A stretch of DNA of 64,000 nt from an uncultured Bacteroidales bacterium. GTDB taxonomy: Bacteria; Bacteroidota; Bacteroidia; Bacteroidales; VadinHA17. Every line of letters begins with the position of its first letter. Within the stretch, counting starts at the first letter, position 1. Location of the stretch: positions 251,171 through 315,170 of the forward strand of contig CAVRZV010000016.1 in assembly GCA_963725785.1 (NCBI GenBank). Reading direction: 5' to 3'. The translations under genes were made by a program, and so were the position numbers. The notes under the pieces are model-generated. The model ran no database searches. It saw only the letters and a program-made list of their open reading frames with translations, and had not been told where the DNA came from. Of the stretch, positions 61,228 through 64,000 are shown piece after piece.

Positions 61228-61430
61228 CCTTTTAAGCCTTTTTTAAGAAAAGTTTCTACAACTTCAGTTGACATAACTTTTCCCTGATCAAGACTCTGAA
61301 CCAGGATCGTCTATTTTTAATGTACCGGTTAGTGATAATTAGCATAAAATTGTAAATCTGATTTAATACCTCTAACTTTGATTAACTTCCTTTTCAGGTT
61401 AAAAGATAAAATCTAAACTTGTCATAACCA

Positions 61431-62075
61431 ATGAGTAAAATTTTGTTTTCCTCAATCTCCAAGAAATTTGTGATGGCTTTAGCCGGTCTGTTCCTTCTTA
61501 CTTTCTTGCCTGTTCATCTTATTATCAACCTGATGTTGCTAAAAAGTGAACCAGGTCCGTTTAATACCGCAGCCCATTTTATGGCAACTTTTCCCTTGAT
61601 AAAAATAATGGAGATTGTTCTGTTCGGAGCAATACTTATTCATGTTTCGTGGGGAATTTTCCTTCAGATCCAGAACTGGCTTGTCCGTCCGGTAGGTTAT
61701 GTAAGCAGTAATAAATCGGAGACTTCATTTTTCTCGCGTTTCATGATCTGGACAGGAGCAACTATTCTTACATTTCTTGTCCTTCACTGGTTCAATTTCT
61801 ACTTCATTAAACTCGGAATAGTTAAAGGAAATCCAGAGGATTTCTATTCTGTCGCTCACAGTCTTTTTAAGATCCCGGCATATGATATTATTTATCTTAG
61901 CTGTTTTACACTACTTGGATTTCATCTTTATCATGCTTTTTATTCTGCTTTTCAGACACTCGGTCTGAATCACAGACTATGGACTCCTGTTATTAAAACG
62001 CTTGCACTGGTTTATGCTGTCCTGTTACCTGCAGGTTTCGCATTTATTTCAATTACGTTGTGGCTTTTCAGATAA
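61431..62075 (+). CDS. sdhC: succinate dehydrogenase/fumarate reductase cytochrome b subunit (b558 family)
   Basis: 214 aa with 5 TM segments, directly upstream of the flavoprotein subunit. Confidence 0.8.
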   Translation: MSKILFSSISKKFVMALAGLFLLTFLPVHLIINLMLLKSEPGPFNTAAHFMATFPLIKIMEIVLFGAILIHVSWGIFLQIQNWLVRPVGYVSSNKSETSFFSRFMIWTGATILTFLVLHWFNFYFIKLGIVKGNPEDFYSVAHSLFKIPAYDIIYLSCFTLLGFHLYHAFYSAFQTLGLNHRLWTPVIKTLALVYAVLLPAGFAFISITLWLFR

Positions 62076-62099
62076 TTCCGAAAAGAAAAAATTATAATC

Positions 62100-64000
62100 A
62101 TGGGAAAACTAATTTCAAAGATACCTGATGGTCCATTGGCATTGAAGTGGACAAAGTATAAAGATTCCGTAAAACTTGTTAATCCCGCAAACAAAAAGAA
62201 ACTTGAAATAATTGTTATAGGGACAGGATTGTCGGGAGCAGGAGCTTCATCGGCACTGGGTGAACTCGGATATAATGTAAAAACCTTTTGTTACCAGGAT
62301 TCTCCCAGAAGAGCACATTCTGTCGCAGCACAGGGTGGAATAAATGCAGCAAAAAACTATCAGAATGACGGGGATAGCGCTTACAGGCTTTTCTATGATA
62401 TGATAAAGGGTGGTGACTTCAGGGCACGCGAAGCCAATGTATACCGCGCGGCTGAAGTAAGCAACCAGGTTATCGATCATTATACTGCACTGGGAGTACC
62501 CTTTGCGCGTGATTACGGCGGAACACTCGATACCCGATCATTTGGCGGAGTACAGGTTTCAAGAACCTTTTATTCAAAAGGACAGACTGGTCAGCAATGT
62601 CTTCTGGGAGCCTATTCATCTCTCAACCGGCAGATAAAAAAAGGCAATGTCACAATGTATCCACGCCGTGAGATGCTCGACCTGGTATTAATTGACGGTA
62701 AGGCTCGCGGAATTATTGCACGTAACCTGCTGACAGGAGAAATCGAACGACATGCCGCGCATGCAGTGGTGCTGGCCACCGGAGGTTATGGTACAATTTA
62801 TTTCCTTTCGACTCTTGCCGTGAATTCAAATGCCTCAGCCGCATGGAAAGCTCATAAAAAGGGTGCCTATTTCGCCAATCCAAGTTTTGTTCAGATACAC
62901 CCTACATGTGTTCCTCAGCTGAATGAGTTCCAGTCAAAACTGACACTCATGTCGGAGTCGCTGCGGAACGACGGACGTGTATGGGTACCAAAAATGAAAA
63001 GAGATCCCAGGCCCGCAAACGATATACCTGAAGAAGAAAGGGATTATTTTCTTGAGAGAAGATATCCTGCATTTGGGAACCTTGTACCAAGGGATGTCGC
63101 TTCAAGAGCAGCCAAGGAAAGATGCGACGCAGGTTTTGGTATCGGCGAGACCGGACTTGCAGTGAATCTGGATTTCAGGGATTCAATTAAGAAACAGGGC
63201 AAGAAAGCTATTGAAGACAAATATGGAAACCTGTTCGACATGTACAAAACTATTACCGGTATTGACTCATACGATGAGCCGATGCGTATATACCCGGCAG
63301 GACATTATACAATGGGGGGACTATGGGTTGACTATGAGCTTATGACTACGATTCCCGGACTTTATGCAATAGGAGAATCAAATTTTTCCGATCACGGGGC
63401 AAACCGTCTTGGTGCCAGCTCCCTGATGCAGGCTTCAGGTGATGGATACTTTATTCTTCCCAATACAATAAGTAATTATCTGGCTGACGAAATCAGAGTG
63501 CCAAAAATCTCAACCGATAAACCTGAATTTTCAGAGACTGAAAAAACAGTGATCGATAGACTCAATAAACTCATTTCAATAAAGGGAAAACAAACTGCTT
63601 CATCTTTTCATAAACGTCTGGGAAAGATAATGTGGGACTATTGCGGAATGGTACGAAATGAAGAAGGACTTAAAAAAGCACTTGTTCTTATAAGGGAACT
63701 CAGAGATGAGTTCTGGCGTGACCTGAAAGTTCCGGGGAAATTTACTGAATTAAACCAGGAACTTGAAAAGGCAGGAAGGGTTGCTGACTATTTTGAACTC
63801 AGCGAACTGCTTGTAAATGATGCTCTTAACAGAAATGAATCCTGCGGGGCACATTTCAGGGAAGAGTATCAGACTCCTGATGGAGAGGCACTCAGAAACG
63901 ATGATAAGTATGCTTATGTCGCAGCATGGGAATATGCAGGTGAAGGCAAACCACATATTCTTCATAAGGAAGAACTAAAGTTTGAGAATGTGGAATTGAA
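62100..64000 (+). CDS. sdhA: succinate dehydrogenase/fumarate reductase flavoprotein subunit (3' end outside window)
   Basis: Hand translation gives [17 protein letters not shown]...[20 protein letters not shown]...[15 protein letters not shown]. The frame stays open to the window end. Confidence 0.9.
   Translation, partial: MGKLISKIPDGPLALKWTKYKDSVKLVNPANKKKLEIIVIGTGLSGAGASSALGELGYNVKTFCYQDSPRRAHSVAAQGGINAAKNYQNDGDSAYRLFYDMIKGGDFRAREANVYRAAEVSNQVIDHYTALGVPFARDYGGTLDTRSFGGVQVSRTFYSKGQTGQQCLLGAYSSLNRQIKKGNVTMYPRREMLDLVLIDGKARGIIARNLLTGEIERHAAHAVVLATGGYGTIYFLSTLAVNSNASAAWKAHKKGAYFANPSFVQIHPTCVPQLNEFQSKLTLMSESLRNDGRVWVPKMKRDPRPANDIPEEERDYFLERRYPAFGNLVPRDVASRAAKERCDAGFGIGETGLAVNLDFRDSIKKQGKKAIEDKYGNLFDMYKTITGIDSYDEPMRIYPAGHYTMGGLWVDYELMTTIPGLYAIGESNFSDHGANRLGASSLMQASGDGYFILPNTISNYLADEIRVPKISTDKPEFSETEKTVIDRLNKLISIKGKQTASSFHKRLGKIMWDYCGMVRNEEGLKKALVLIRELRDEFWRDLKVPGKFTELNQELEKAGRVADYFELSELLVNDALNRNESCGAHFREEYQTPDGEALRNDDKYAYVAAWEYAGEGKPHILHKEELKFENVEL

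Overview
This is a 64-kb chromosomal window from a Bacteroidota-type genome. Supporting signs are TAnnTTTG-like -7 promoter boxes, TonB-dependent receptor / DUF4249 / CarboxypepD_reg families, and a b558-type succinate dehydrogenase/fumarate reductase. The backbone is housekeeping: asd (partial), hflX, purD, mpg, guaD, rplM-rpsI-rpsB-tsf-pyrH-frr, dxs, dCMP deaminase, ctp, sdhC-sdhA (partial), tRNA-Ala(GGC) and tRNA-Leu(CAA). Four things stand out. (1) There is an intact mercury-methylation pair, hgcA-hgcB (55.2-56.6 kb), with the NVWCAAGK signature. (2) Intergenic regions carry several families of highly structured repeats. Two 97-99 nt elements bracket hflX; each has four phased heptamers, a 21-nt loop and four inverted heptamers, with fully compensatory base differences between the two copies. 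Other families are CCATGG-centred 20-nt palindromes, C5/G5 palindrome clusters, and a hexamer microsatellite. (3) A block from about 20.4 to 40.6 kb has many genes broken by single-base frameshifts, including the essential tsf, pyrH and dxs. Other genes in the same block are intact. This is most likely sequence error, but it needs checking. (4) An ECF sigma / FecR / STN-domain cassette has a partner that is not a canonical TonB-dependent barrel, and there is a tandemly duplicated DUF4249 gene pair. I found no CRISPR array, integrase, transposase or recognisable defence system. All calls come from reading the sequence and ORF translations; no searches were run.
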